Origin: Patescibacteria group bacterium
GTDB taxonomy: Bacteria; Patescibacteriota; Minisyncoccia; JAHIHE01; JAGLIN01
Length of the DNA: 64,000 bases
Direction of reading: 5' to 3'
Assembly: GCA_041670805.1 (NCBI GenBank)
Contig: JBAXYM010000002.1
Location: forward strand, 1,309-65,308
Positions 19,074 to 28,184 of this stretch are shown here, one piece after another. The translations under genes were made by a program, and so were the position numbers. How positions within the stretch are numbered: the stretch's first letter is position 1; each line of letters starts with the position of its first letter. Under the pieces are notes generated by a model that saw nothing but the letters and a program-made list of their open reading frames with translations, was not told where the DNA came from and did no database searches.

Positions 19074-19153
19074 GGATTCACGCCAGAAATGGCATGAAAT
19101 GCTACAAAAGAACGTTTTACCCTGCATTGTTCACACCATCTCTGGTGTGATCC
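19074..19153. repeat. Family A REP doublet
   Basis: Left arm diverged, right arm intact. Confidence 0.9.
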
Positions 19154-19245
19154 GAATACAAAAAACGAAATTCTCATTCTTGTTATCAGTATTTAAACAC
19201 GCGTTCAGCCGTCATTAAATTGGTTTTGAATACCCGCTCCGGCAA

Positions 19246-20160
19246 CTACTTGGCTTTCAAAAAATTATATACGCTGCCGACACTGATCATTCCTTCCGCA
19301 CTCGCCGAGAGAACCTGCCGGATGCCGTTGGAACCGCTACTCACATCTCCCGCAGCGTAAAGTCCCGCGACATTCGTGGCGCAAGCCGCATCCACCATAA
19401 TATGCCCCGAAGCGTCAATGTCCACCCCCAGATCTTTCAAAAGCACACCGTTCGGAATCATCCCGATTTCCACAAAAATTCCGTCGAGCGGAAGTTCTTC
19501 GCTGCCTGCGTATTCCTTGTCCAGGATGATTTTTTCAACTTTCTTGTCGCCTTTTATCTCTTTGATATTAAACCCCGCAAGAATCTCAATTTTCGGATTC
19601 GATTTCGCCCTTTCCAGCATTATCGGTTCCGCCCGAAAATTATCACTGCGATGAATGAGATAAACCTTGCTCGCATGCTCGGAAAGCATCAGCGCCGCCA
19701 TCACCGCCGAGTTGCCACCGCCCGCCACCGCCACCATTTTCATTTTGAAAAACGCCGCGTCGCAGATCGCGCAATAGCTCACGCCGCGCCCCAAAAATTC
19801 TTCCTCGCCCGGAATGCCCAGCCTTTTTTCTTTGGTACCCGAGCAAATAATCACGGTTCGCGCTTCCAAAGTCTTATTCTGCGAAGTCTTAATTTTGAAA
19901 ATTTCCCCTTCTTTTTCAATGGCGACCATATCTTCCGGCAAAATCTCTCCTCCCAAACTCTTGGCTTGCTCGTAAAATTTATTGAGCAAATCAAACCCGC
20001 CGATGGATTTTTCACCCGGCCAATTCTCGATAAGATGCGCTTTACCCAAGGCACTGCCGCACATATCCCCCAACACCAAATGGTTTATCTTATATCGGGA
20101 AGCGTAGATGGAAGCGGTAAGTCCCGCCGGTCCCGCGCCCACTATTATCAAATCGTACAT
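19246..20160 (-). CDS. trxB: Thioredoxin reductase
   Basis: GAGPAG, GRGVSYCAICD, GGGNSA, AAGD; start reassigned to MYDLII. Confidence 0.93.
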   Translation of the reverse strand: MYDLIIVGAGPAGLTASIYASRYKINHLVLGDMCGSALGKAHLIENWPGEKSIGGFDLLNKFYEQAKSLGGEILPEDMVAIEKEGEIFKIKTSQNKTLEARTVIICSGTKEKRLGIPGEEEFLGRGVSYCAICDAAFFKMKMVAVAGGGNSAVMAALMLSEHASKVYLIHRSDNFRAEPIMLERAKSNPKIEILAGFNIKEIKGDKKVEKIILDKEYAGSEELPLDGIFVEIGMIPNGVLLKDLGVDIDASGHIMVDAACATNVAGLYAAGDVSSGSNGIRQVLSASAEGMISVGSVYNFLKAK

Positions 20161-20270
20161 ATTTTTCACTTTTACTTTTAAGCGCAAAGGAGGAACGCCT
20201 TTGGACAAACAAGCGTCGCAAAAGGTTATTCCTCCTTAAAGACCATAGTCCGCGATAAATATCCTCTATT

Positions 20271-20392
20271 TGTCATTCCGGAATTTCGGTATCCTGAAAT
20301 ATCCGGAATCCCTGTGTTGTATGACTGAACAGACGTTACATATCTTCGTAAAGGGATCCCGGATATCCCCCTCCGGGGATTCCGGGATAACA
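20271..20392. repeat. Family B TGTC-tagged doublet
   Basis: TGTCATTCCGGAATTTCGG...GGAATCCC and inverted GGGATCCCGGATAT...CCGGGATAACA. Confidence 0.85.
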
Positions 20393-20415
20393 CGAAAAGA
20401 GAGGATGGTCAAAAC

Positions 20416-20607
20416 CTATTCTTCCGTTACTTTGATCGCTCCTACCGGACAACTGTTTGCCGCCACTTCCACGTCGCCGCTCGCTCCGTTTGCATCAATC
20501 ACTTCCGACTTGCCGTCGTTACCCAAAGAAAAAACCTTCGGACACAGGTTGGCGCAAGCGCCGCATCCGATACAAAGTTCCTGGTCCACTGTTACTTTTT
20601 TTGCCAT
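20416..20607 (-). CDS. Monocluster 4Fe-4S ferredoxin
   Basis: CIGCGAC...CP, 63 aa. Confidence 0.92.
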   Translation of the reverse strand: MAKKVTVDQELCIGCGACANLCPKVFSLGNDGKSEVIDANGASGDVEVAANSCPVGAIKVTEE

Positions 20608-20616
20608 AAATTTATT

Positions 20617-20940
20617 TTATTTACCAATTAAATCCTTAATTTTTTCCACCAACGCTTCTCTGGGCTGCAGCCCGGTCATCTCATCAACCACTTCTCCTTT
20701 CTTGAAAAATTTAAGCGCGGGAATGCTCAAAATCTCATACTTACCGGCAATGTTCGGGTTATCATCGACATTCACTTTGCGCACTGTGATTTTCCCTGCG
20801 AATTCTTTCGCCGTCTCTTCCAAAATCGGTCCCATCATTTTACACGGACCGCACCAAGGAGCCCAAAAATCCACCAGCACGACACCGTCATTTTGCAGAA
20901 CTTCCTTGTCGAAACTCTCTTCGTTTATATCCATTTCCAT
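20617..20940 (-). CDS. trxA: Thioredoxin
   Basis: DFWAPWCGPC; likely start MEMDIN. Confidence 0.95.
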   Translation of the reverse strand: MEMDINEESFDKEVLQNDGVVLVDFWAPWCGPCKMMGPILEETAKEFAGKITVRKVNVDDNPNIAGKYEILSIPALKFFKKGEVVDEMTGLQPREALVEKIKDLIGK

Positions 20941-21112
20941 ACGTTTTTGCCTTTCTTCAAGATTAGGGTTAAAATTCTCCATCCGATGATCCTTTTCCGC
21001 TTTTGTTAACAATATAAAGGACGGATAATTTAGTTGAACCGAAATCCATACTTAATTTGATTAAATTATGCTATAATCCATATAAGCTAATAATATAATA
21101 TTTGAGAAAAAG

Positions 21113-22177
21113 ATGCAAACAAAAAAGAAAGTCGTGATTGTAGGCGGCGGACCGGCGGGACTAAGCGCGGCATCGGAGCTTGCGCGAAACGAAAATTTCG
21201 AGGTCACCGTTCTGGAAAAGAACCCTAAACCGAGCTACAAAGTCTGCGGCGGAGGCGTTCACCCCGATTTCTTCAAAACTCTTGTTTCGCCGGATATTAT
21301 GGACCGCGAATTCGAAATGCTCCTTCTTAAGACGCCGAAGAGCCGCTTCCCTTTGAGCTACGGCAAAAAAGTTTTTATGGGTACTTTGAGTCGCAAGAAG
21401 CTCAACGAGAGACTGACGGAAAAGGCGCAAGCCGCGGGAGCGCAAGTCCTTTTCGGCAAAACCGTGAAAGAGATCGGAAAAGACAAGCTCATTACTTTCA
21501 ACGGCGAGGAATTTCCTTTTGACTATTTAATCGGCGCTGACGGAGCCACTTCCGCGGTGCGCAAAAGCCTGGGGCTGCCGACCGAAGAATTCATAATCGC
21601 TTACCAATATATGATTCCGGGTGATTATAAAGATATTGAGATAGAGGTCGACTTCAAAAAATTCGGGCTCACCTACAGCTGGATATTTCCGCAAAAAGGC
21701 GTCATCTCCGTCGGTACCGGATACGCCGCAAAAGACGAGAAAACCCCGGAAGAGATCAAAAAGCTGCGCGAAAATTTTGACGCGTGGTGCAAAGAACGCT
21801 TCTCTCTGGAAGGCGCCCGCTTCGAAGGCTTCACCATCAATTACGATTATCGCGGCTTCGAATTCGGCAATGTCTATCTCTGCGGAGACGCGGGCGGTTT
21901 CTCCTCCGGGCTTACCGGCGAAGGAATAAAACCGGCCGTTCGCTCCGGCATTGATGTGGCGCGCAGAATACAGGATCCGAATTACAGATGCGTCAACATC
22001 GAAAATTGCTTGGCTATCAAAAAGAGAGAGGACGGCATCTTGCGACTGCTCCTCAGCCGCCCCTGGGGCAGATTTCTCACTCCCGTCGCTTCCGCTTTAT
22101 TTGATTCCAACCGGATCAAAAAGGCACTGATCAAATTCGTTGACGTATGCACAAAAACGGAAAAAACCGACTCGTAA
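21113..22177 (+). CDS. Geranylgeranyl-reductase-family FAD oxidoreductase
   Basis: GGGPAG, KVCGGG, IGADG, YSWIFP, GDAGG..TGEGI. Confidence 0.82.
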   Translation: MQTKKKVVIVGGGPAGLSAASELARNENFEVTVLEKNPKPSYKVCGGGVHPDFFKTLVSPDIMDREFEMLLLKTPKSRFPLSYGKKVFMGTLSRKKLNERLTEKAQAAGAQVLFGKTVKEIGKDKLITFNGEEFPFDYLIGADGATSAVRKSLGLPTEEFIIAYQYMIPGDYKDIEIEVDFKKFGLTYSWIFPQKGVISVGTGYAAKDEKTPEEIKKLRENFDAWCKERFSLEGARFEGFTINYDYRGFEFGNVYLCGDAGGFSSGLTGEGIKPAVRSGIDVARRIQDPNYRCVNIENCLAIKKREDGILRLLLSRPWGRFLTPVASALFDSNRIKKALIKFVDVCTKTEKTDS

Positions 22178-22326
22178 AGTCGGTTTTTGCTTAGTTCAAA
22201 AAATAAATGTTTCCATATCTTGCGGAAATGGATTATTATCCGTCTCGTTGTGAAAAGAAATATTTTAACGAGATATGTTTGATAATAATCATCTGTCATT
22301 GATAGAGATTTGATCTTGACGCATTC

Positions 22327-22405
22327 GGATCACACCAGAGATAGTGTGGAATGCTACATAAAAACGTTTTGTCCTGCGTTGTTCACATCATTTCTGATGT
22401 GATCC
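22327..22405. repeat. Family A REP doublet
   Basis: Right arm TTCACATCATTTCTGATGTGATCC. Confidence 0.93.
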
Positions 22406-22414
22406 AAACCCTTT

Positions 22415-23323
22415 TTACCCTTCAAAAAGATCCGTACTTAAATATCTTTCTCCCGAATCCGCCAAGAGTGTCACGATTCTTTTTCCCCTGCCCAATTCCT
22501 TGGCCTTGCGCACCGCCGTATACATAGCCGCGCCGGAGCTCATTCCTGAGAGAATTCCTTCCTCGCGCGCCAGTCTTCGGGAAAATTCGTGAGTGAGAGG
22601 GATTTCCTCGGGAGAAAGTTCTATCATCTCATCGAAATATTCAGCGGAGTAAATTTTGGATCCGTTTTCTTCTCTGGGATTTCTAAGTCCCTGAATGGAA
22701 GTCCCCAGTTCCGGCGTGACGCCTACGATCTTTATATCCGGATTGCGCGCTTTTAGTTTCTTCGAAATGCCGATGCCCGTCCCCGCCGTGCCTACCGCAA
22801 TGACCACCATATCGATTTTTCCGTCCGTGTCCCGCCAAATTTCTTCGGCCGTAGTCTCAAAGTGCGACAAGATGTTGATCTCACTGCCGAACTGGTTAAG
22901 GGGAATGTATTTTTCCGGTTCTTTCGCAACCATTTCATCCTTGAGGGTGATTGCCCCGCCCGTGCCCTTGTTGCCGGGAGACAAAATCAGTTGCGCGCCA
23001 TATGCCTTGATAATTTTTCTCCGTTCGATACTCACGGATTCAGGCATTACAATCGCAATTTTATAGCCTTTCACCGCGCCAATCATAGCCAATCCGATTC
23101 CCGTATTCCCTGAAGTGGCTTCGATAATGATTTTATCCTCAATATCCGGATGATTCTTCTTGGCATCTTCAACAAGATAGAGCGCCAGCCGATCTTTCAC
23201 AGACCCGCCGATATTCATCTTCTCCAACTTAACCAAAATCTCTGCGTCTTCCGATCCGACCATTTTATTAATTCGAGCCATCGGCGTGTTTCCGATAAGA
23301 TTCAAGATACTGTCATAAATCAT
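22415..23323 (-). CDS. cysK: Cysteine synthase (CysK/CysM family)
   Basis: IGNTP, GGSVKDR (PLP Lys), EATSGNTG, GTAGT, DSGERYLS. Confidence 0.9.
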   Translation of the reverse strand: MIYDSILNLIGNTPMARINKMVGSEDAEILVKLEKMNIGGSVKDRLALYLVEDAKKNHPDIEDKIIIEATSGNTGIGLAMIGAVKGYKIAIVMPESVSIERRKIIKAYGAQLILSPGNKGTGGAITLKDEMVAKEPEKYIPLNQFGSEINILSHFETTAEEIWRDTDGKIDMVVIAVGTAGTGIGISKKLKARNPDIKIVGVTPELGTSIQGLRNPREENGSKIYSAEYFDEMIELSPEEIPLTHEFSRRLAREEGILSGMSSGAAMYTAVRKAKELGRGKRIVTLLADSGERYLSTDLFEG

Positions 23324-23347
23324 GAAAAGTGATAATTAAAAAATAAT

Positions 23348-23372
23348 AAAAAAATCGTCCGAAAGGTCGATT
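23348..23372 (-). terminator. Terminator-like hairpin in the cysteine synthase leader
   Basis: Minus strand AATCG-A-CC-TTTC-GG-A-CGATT followed by a T run, 25-50 nt upstream of the cysK ATG. Confidence 0.65.
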
Positions 23373-23415
23373 TATTGCTATGCGAACAAAAAAACCAACC
23401 TGTCTTGAAATAACG

Positions 23416-23463
23416 TCATACCGAGACAGAAACCTTACAACAACAGATAAGCTGATTTTTCAT
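23416..23463 (-). CDS. Cys-rich leader peptide MKNQLICCCKVSVSV
   Basis: ATG AAA AAT CAG CTT ATC TGT TGT TGT AAG GTT TCT GTC TCG GTA TGA, between a promoter and cysK. Confidence 0.8.
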   Translation of the reverse strand: MKNQLICCCKVSVSV

Positions 23464-23493
23464 ATGAAATATAACAATCATAAGCTTGAAAAA

Positions 23494-23521
23494 ATAATAG
23501 CACTCTTGGCTCTATTGTCAA
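23494..23521 (-). promoter_or_regulatory. Sigma70-type promoter for the cys leader and cysK
   Basis: TTGACA-N16-TATTAT with an extended -10 TG. Confidence 0.7.
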
Positions 23522-23534
23522 CAATTAAGACGGA

Positions 23535-23762
23535 CTGACCCACCTGCACTTTAAATTACTTATTTTTTTGCTTTCTAAAGGCTGTCATCCCGGAATTTGC
23601 GCAGCAAATATCCGGGATCCCGTTGCTAAGCCGGTAGAAATAAAATACAATACTTGCCTTGCTCCGTTATTATCCTGAATTATGGATCACACCAAAAATG
23701 GTGTGAACGATGCAGGACAAAACGTTTTTTGCGTAGCATTCACACCATTTCTGGTGTGATCC
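23535..23762. mobile_element. Composite repeat: family F end, B arm (23583-23622), A doublet (23684-23762)
   Basis: CTGACCCACCTGCACTTT...GCTTTCTAAA, TGTCATCCCGGAATTTGCGCAGC..., then the A arms. Confidence 0.8.
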
Positions 23763-23803
23763 ACAAATGCAGTCTGAACATTGCCGGTGTTTTCTAAGAC
23801 AGT

Positions 23804-23839
23804 AAGAACAGTCCTTTTGATTCCGTAAGAACTGTCCTT
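23804..23839. repeat. 36-bp double-palindrome element (family J), intergenic copy
   Basis: AAGAACAGTCCTT-N10-AAGAACTGTCCTT; 30/36 identical to 56871-56906. Confidence 0.8.
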
Positions 23840-23962
23840 TCCCCCTGTATTATTCCGGTAAGCAATCCGACTTTTACTCAGACACAAAGCTTTTTCTCCT
23901 GAAATAAAACACGCTTTTTGTCATCCTCGTAAGGATCCCTTAAGCCACTTAATAACCCGGCC

Positions 23963-26152
23963 TTAATCATCAAACCTAATCACTTCTCCCGGCTTGATTT
24001 CTTTCGCTTCTTTTTTGGTTTCGCCTGCGGGAATGTTCTGCGTATCAATAATAGGGCTTTCCCTCTTCGGAATCGCAACCGGTTTTGCGATCCGGGGTTT
24101 CGGCAAAATAATTTCTTGTTTTTTGACAGCGGCAACGAAAACCTCCTCAATTTCGTTTATCCGCGTCACCTCGGGAGCAGACGGCTCGGAGACAATGGGA
24201 ATGGCAGGCGTTATTTTTTCATCCGTCCGCATTTCTTGAGGAACGGCATTTGCAGTTTCGCGACTTGCAATTTGTTTCCTCCGCCCCTCCGCCGCCAGCC
24301 GCTTCCGCTCGTAAAATTCAATCATTTTTTGCGGGTCGTAAGAAAATTTTTTCTGTTCGATTTTGGGCGCTACAGCCTCCGCACTTTCCTTCTTCAAAAC
24401 ATCAATGGGCTGTGTTTTCTTCTCCGCAACGGTTTCTCCGCTCTCCATCCGGACAGGTTCCTCTTTTGGCATCGCCCCTGGCACGACTTCCAGTGTCTGA
24501 GGATGAATCGAAGCAGGCGGAACAGAAGGAGCGACAACGGGCGCACTCTCCATTATCGGCGTAACAATTGAAGACTGGGATGGTGGCACTTCCGTTTCTT
24601 TCTGCAAAACCGGAGCCGCCGCCTCAACGGGCGCGGCAGGCTGCTGAACGATTTGAGGTTGTGAAAACTTCGCGCTCTCCGTCGGCTGCTGGCGGGCTTT
24701 CAAAAGACAATCCTTGCAGTATGTCGCACGCGCCGGATCCGGCTGAAAAGGAACTTTTATCGCCGTACCGCAAGTCGCGCAAACGGCATCCCACATCTCG
24801 CGATTATCCGTTTTTTCTTTTTTCTCTCCCGGCGCGGAAGGCTCGTTTCGCAATTCACCGCTCTCCTCGTCTTTGACATATCCCGACCAGCGCGCGACTT
24901 TGTCCTCCACTTCCTCTCTTTTCTTGGTGTAGCGCTCGCGCGATACTCGAATAATTTTTTCCGGATCGCTCTTTTCCGTAATTTCAATCGGCGGCAATGA
25001 AGTGGCGCTGAAAGCGTCGCCGGACACGCCATCGATCATCAGCTTCAAGTACATATCATATTTAGCCAAATTGACCAAATCATTCATCATAAAAATCGGC
25101 TCGAATTCCTTTTCCAAAAATTCCGCATCCGTGGCTCCCACCCGAAAACTGACAATGGTTCCGACATTGCCGAAGATGGCATCACTCACCGTCTCTTCCA
25201 ATTGACCGATATATTGGTGCGCCACGATCAGATCCAGACGATACTTGCGCGCCTCGGACAAAATTCCCGCGAAAGATTCCGTGGCGAAATTTTGGAACTC
25301 ATCGACGTAGAGATAAAAATCCTGACGCTCCTCTTCCGGCGTATCCACGCGCCCCATCGCCGCCAACTGGATCTTGGTGATAATCATCGCCCCCAGCAAG
25401 GCGCTGTAATCTTCCCCGATTCTTCCCTTGGAAAGATTAACGATAAGAATTTTGCGATTGTCCATTATATCGCGCATATCGATGGAAGAATGCGGCTGCG
25501 AAACGATGTTACGCACCAAGGAGCTCGACAAAAACTGCCCGACCTTGTTCTGAATCGGAGAAATCGCTTCAACCGTAAATTGTTTGGAATACTTCGTAAA
25601 TTCGTCCGTCCAGAAAGTCTTCACCACAGGATCGGAAATCTTGCTCACCACTTTCTTGCGATAATCGTCATCGATAAGCAGGCGCGGCACTCCCAAAAGA
25701 GTGCTGTCCGGATATTCCAAGAGCGCCAAAATCGTATTTCGCAAAAGATACTCCAGCCGAGGACCCCAAGAATCCGCCCAAATTTTCTTGAAAACTCCGA
25801 TGAGCCCCGAGGCGATGAGATGGCGATATTTTGGATCAACGTGCTCCATCACATTAAAAGCAATCGGATAATCTATATCCGCCGGATTGAAATATATGAC
25901 GTCGTTGACTCGGGACGGAGGAATAAAATTCAGAACCTCCTCCGCCAGATCTCCGTGCGGATCAACTACCGCCAGCCCCTGTCCGCTTTGAATATCGGAG
26001 ATGATCATATTCTCCAAAAGGGTGGTCTTGCCCATACCGGTCTTTCCAATTACATACATATGCCGGCGACGATCCTCCCGCTTGATGCCGAAGACATGTT
26101 CCTGTCCGCGAAAATTGGTCTTGCCGAAATAGGTAATATCGTTCTTTTCCAT
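23963..26152 (-). CDS. VirD4/TraG-like coupling ATPase with CxxC-x17-CxxC domain and Pro-rich tail
   Basis: HMYVIGKTGMGKT Walker A, DPHGD, LYVDEFQN, SEARKY; CATC...CKDC; likely start MEKNDI. Confidence 0.88.
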   Translation of the reverse strand: MEKNDITYFGKTNFRGQEHVFGIKREDRRRHMYVIGKTGMGKTTLLENMIISDIQSGQGLAVVDPHGDLAEEVLNFIPPSRVNDVIYFNPADIDYPIAFNVMEHVDPKYRHLIASGLIGVFKKIWADSWGPRLEYLLRNTILALLEYPDSTLLGVPRLLIDDDYRKKVVSKISDPVVKTFWTDEFTKYSKQFTVEAISPIQNKVGQFLSSSLVRNIVSQPHSSIDMRDIMDNRKILIVNLSKGRIGEDYSALLGAMIITKIQLAAMGRVDTPEEERQDFYLYVDEFQNFATESFAGILSEARKYRLDLIVAHQYIGQLEETVSDAIFGNVGTIVSFRVGATDAEFLEKEFEPIFMMNDLVNLAKYDMYLKLMIDGVSGDAFSATSLPPIEITEKSDPEKIIRVSRERYTKKREEVEDKVARWSGYVKDEESGELRNEPSAPGEKKEKTDNREMWDAVCATCGTAIKVPFQPDPARATYCKDCLLKARQQPTESAKFSQPQIVQQPAAPVEAAAPVLQKETEVPPSQSSIVTPIMESAPVVAPSVPPASIHPQTLEVVPGAMPKEEPVRMESGETVAEKKTQPIDVLKKESAEAVAPKIEQKKFSYDPQKMIEFYERKRLAAEGRRKQIASRETANAVPQEMRTDEKITPAIPIVSEPSAPEVTRINEIEEVFVAAVKKQEIILPKPRIAKPVAIPKRESPIIDTQNIPAGETKKEAKEIKPGEVIRFDD

Positions 26153-26263
26153 AATTTTGTTTATTTGAATATATCCCTCCATTGTCACTGCAAACTCTCA
26201 ATCGCACAGCATCCTGAGGTCGAAGGATCTTGAGCTAAAATTCGCCCAGTTTTGTGTTCTTTC

Positions 26264-26821
26264 CTAGCTTCCATCAGCGGTTGCATCCCGATAACAGCCG
26301 GGGCAAACCCATGCATTATTACCACCACCACATCCGGAACCATAAGGACTGCCGAGAGTGGTCGCAGACGAAGCTCCATTGGATCCGACACAATAAAATT
26401 TTTGCGCCCCCGGCAACCAAACCAATATGGTAAATTTGGGGTAAGGCGCGCCCGCCGTATATGCAAAAACACGATATCCACTTGAAGATCCTATATTATT
26501 TACGATGCTTTTACATGCAACTCTAACACTTGCAGGATTAGAGGTGGAGCCGAATTGTGCATCACAAACCTGATTAGCAGTCCCCGCCCAATCAAAGAAA
26601 TAATATGCTGAATAATCCTGCGATGCGGTAGCGTCTATCTGCGCCGCTTTCATTATGGAATCTGCCGACTGCATTATCGCCGCATCCTTCGCTTTCAACC
26701 GCGCCCCATTTAGCGAAGTCATCGCAATAGTAGACAACACGCCGATAATGGAAATCACCACAAGAAGCTCAATGAGAGTAAAACCGTTTCTTGAATACCT
26801 TAAATATTGTTTTCTCTTCAT
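26264..26821 (-). CDS. Type IV pilin / prepilin-cleavage domain protein
   Basis: GFTLIELLVVISIIG class III signal; Cys-rich C-terminus. Confidence 0.9.
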   Translation of the reverse strand: MKRKQYLRYSRNGFTLIELLVVISIIGVLSTIAMTSLNGARLKAKDAAIMQSADSIMKAAQIDATASQDYSAYYFFDWAGTANQVCDAQFGSTSNPASVRVACKSIVNNIGSSSGYRVFAYTAGAPYPKFTILVWLPGAQKFYCVGSNGASSATTLGSPYGSGCGGGNNAWVCPGCYRDATADGS

Positions 26822-26896
26822 CTTTAATCTCTTATAAATTAATCTTTATCGGCACCGTTTGCACATTAAAAAACGCATCAACCGCAGACTAATATG

Positions 26897-28165
26897 TCAT
26901 ATTGGCAAAGTTGCCGGCGGCTTGCCTTTTTTGGCTTCCACTTTCGGCACCAGCGAGCCTCTGACTTCTTTGGTTGGAAAGTGATAGAGAGTCGCCAACT
27001 CGTCCGAAGTCATTATATAGCTTTTGAAATCCAAAGTTCTGTCCTTGTATTTCCGCAGTATCGCTCTTTTTTTTACTTTCTTTCTCGCGTCGGGAAAGAA
27101 ATAATAGGCGCTGGTTTTCGTTCTTGCGTCCGGTCGGATGCTATTCATCAGATCACTCCCAAACTGCGTAAAATACGCAAAGAACTGCGCGTTGGCTTTT
27201 GCTTTATTAAAAGCGCTCCTTTTTGCGGCATAAATATAGCGGATGTCGGTTTCAAACCCCGGTCTTTTCAGTTTTTCATCAATGGCATCAATAACCGCCC
27301 TTTCTCCCGAAGACAAGTGTAGCATCATACTCGGCAGATCATTGCTCTTTTTCTCCGCCGGCGCAGTTTCGCCCGTACTGAAAAAACCGGAGATCCCTTT
27401 CACCGCGCTGCTTAGCATCTCCGACCAAAATCCCGGTTTGGGTTCCGGCACCGCTCTTCCCGCTAATTTCAAAACTGTGTTTTGGGCGCTTTTCTTCCAC
27501 TCCTCGCTGGTAGGTCGCACCAGAATCTGAATCCAAAACTGTTCTCCCGGCCCCAGAGCGTTAACACCCTCCACGATGACACTCAGAGGATCAATAAACT
27601 CTCCCGAGGCGATATCTTCGAACTCCTTGTATGTCCGAATAGGATACGCATTGTCTTTGCTCAGTTTCATATCCGTCCCCCAAATATCATAGTCTTCATT
27701 GGGAATGTCGTCGGGAATGCTGGTGACGTATTCTTCCGCCTCTTGGATTTCCGCATCGGGATATTGCGCGTAAATATGAGATTTGACGAAAGGCAGATCT
27801 CCATCCATCACGCGGATATAAAAATGCACGTCACCCTCAAAGCTGACGATTTCAAAACTGAACCAAGACTCAACCACACCGTCGATATAGGTATCATAAA
27901 GAGTATCTATCGCGGCATCAAGACCGCTCGACAGCGCCGTAAAAAATTCCTCCATCGTCTTTGGTCTGATTTCCACTCCGGAAGGAACTTTGATTTCCAG
28001 AAGATGCCATTTTATATTTCTGATGTTTTTTTCCTGCACATAAACCGTCCAAAAATAATGGAACATCGGCCACATTACAAAAAAAGAAAAAAACCACCAA
28101 TATTCAAGGTAAACGCGGAGCGCCCCCTTGATGGATTCGTAGATGATAACGGAAAAACTTATCAT
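26897..28165 (-). CDS. Conserved membrane-anchored protein, probable partner of the coupling ATPase
   Basis: N-terminal TM, LLEIKVP, SFEIVS, IYAQYPDAEI, YPIRTY, ELATLYHFP. Confidence 0.8.
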   Translation of the reverse strand: MISFSVIIYESIKGALRVYLEYWWFFSFFVMWPMFHYFWTVYVQEKNIRNIKWHLLEIKVPSGVEIRPKTMEEFFTALSSGLDAAIDTLYDTYIDGVVESWFSFEIVSFEGDVHFYIRVMDGDLPFVKSHIYAQYPDAEIQEAEEYVTSIPDDIPNEDYDIWGTDMKLSKDNAYPIRTYKEFEDIASGEFIDPLSVIVEGVNALGPGEQFWIQILVRPTSEEWKKSAQNTVLKLAGRAVPEPKPGFWSEMLSSAVKGISGFFSTGETAPAEKKSNDLPSMMLHLSSGERAVIDAIDEKLKRPGFETDIRYIYAAKRSAFNKAKANAQFFAYFTQFGSDLMNSIRPDARTKTSAYYFFPDARKKVKKRAILRKYKDRTLDFKSYIMTSDELATLYHFPTKEVRGSLVPKVEAKKGKPPATLPI

Positions 28166-28184
28166 ATTTTGTTTTATGCCTAAA

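Noticed and set aside
23330-23490. T-box or SAM riboswitch upstream of cysK
   Set aside because: No T-box AGGGTGGNACCGCG or SAM-I core is visible and the leader is short; a leader-peptide model fits better.
23963-28165. Conjugative element or ICE
   Set aside because: No relaxase, integrase, VirB genes or att sites; the context is housekeeping.
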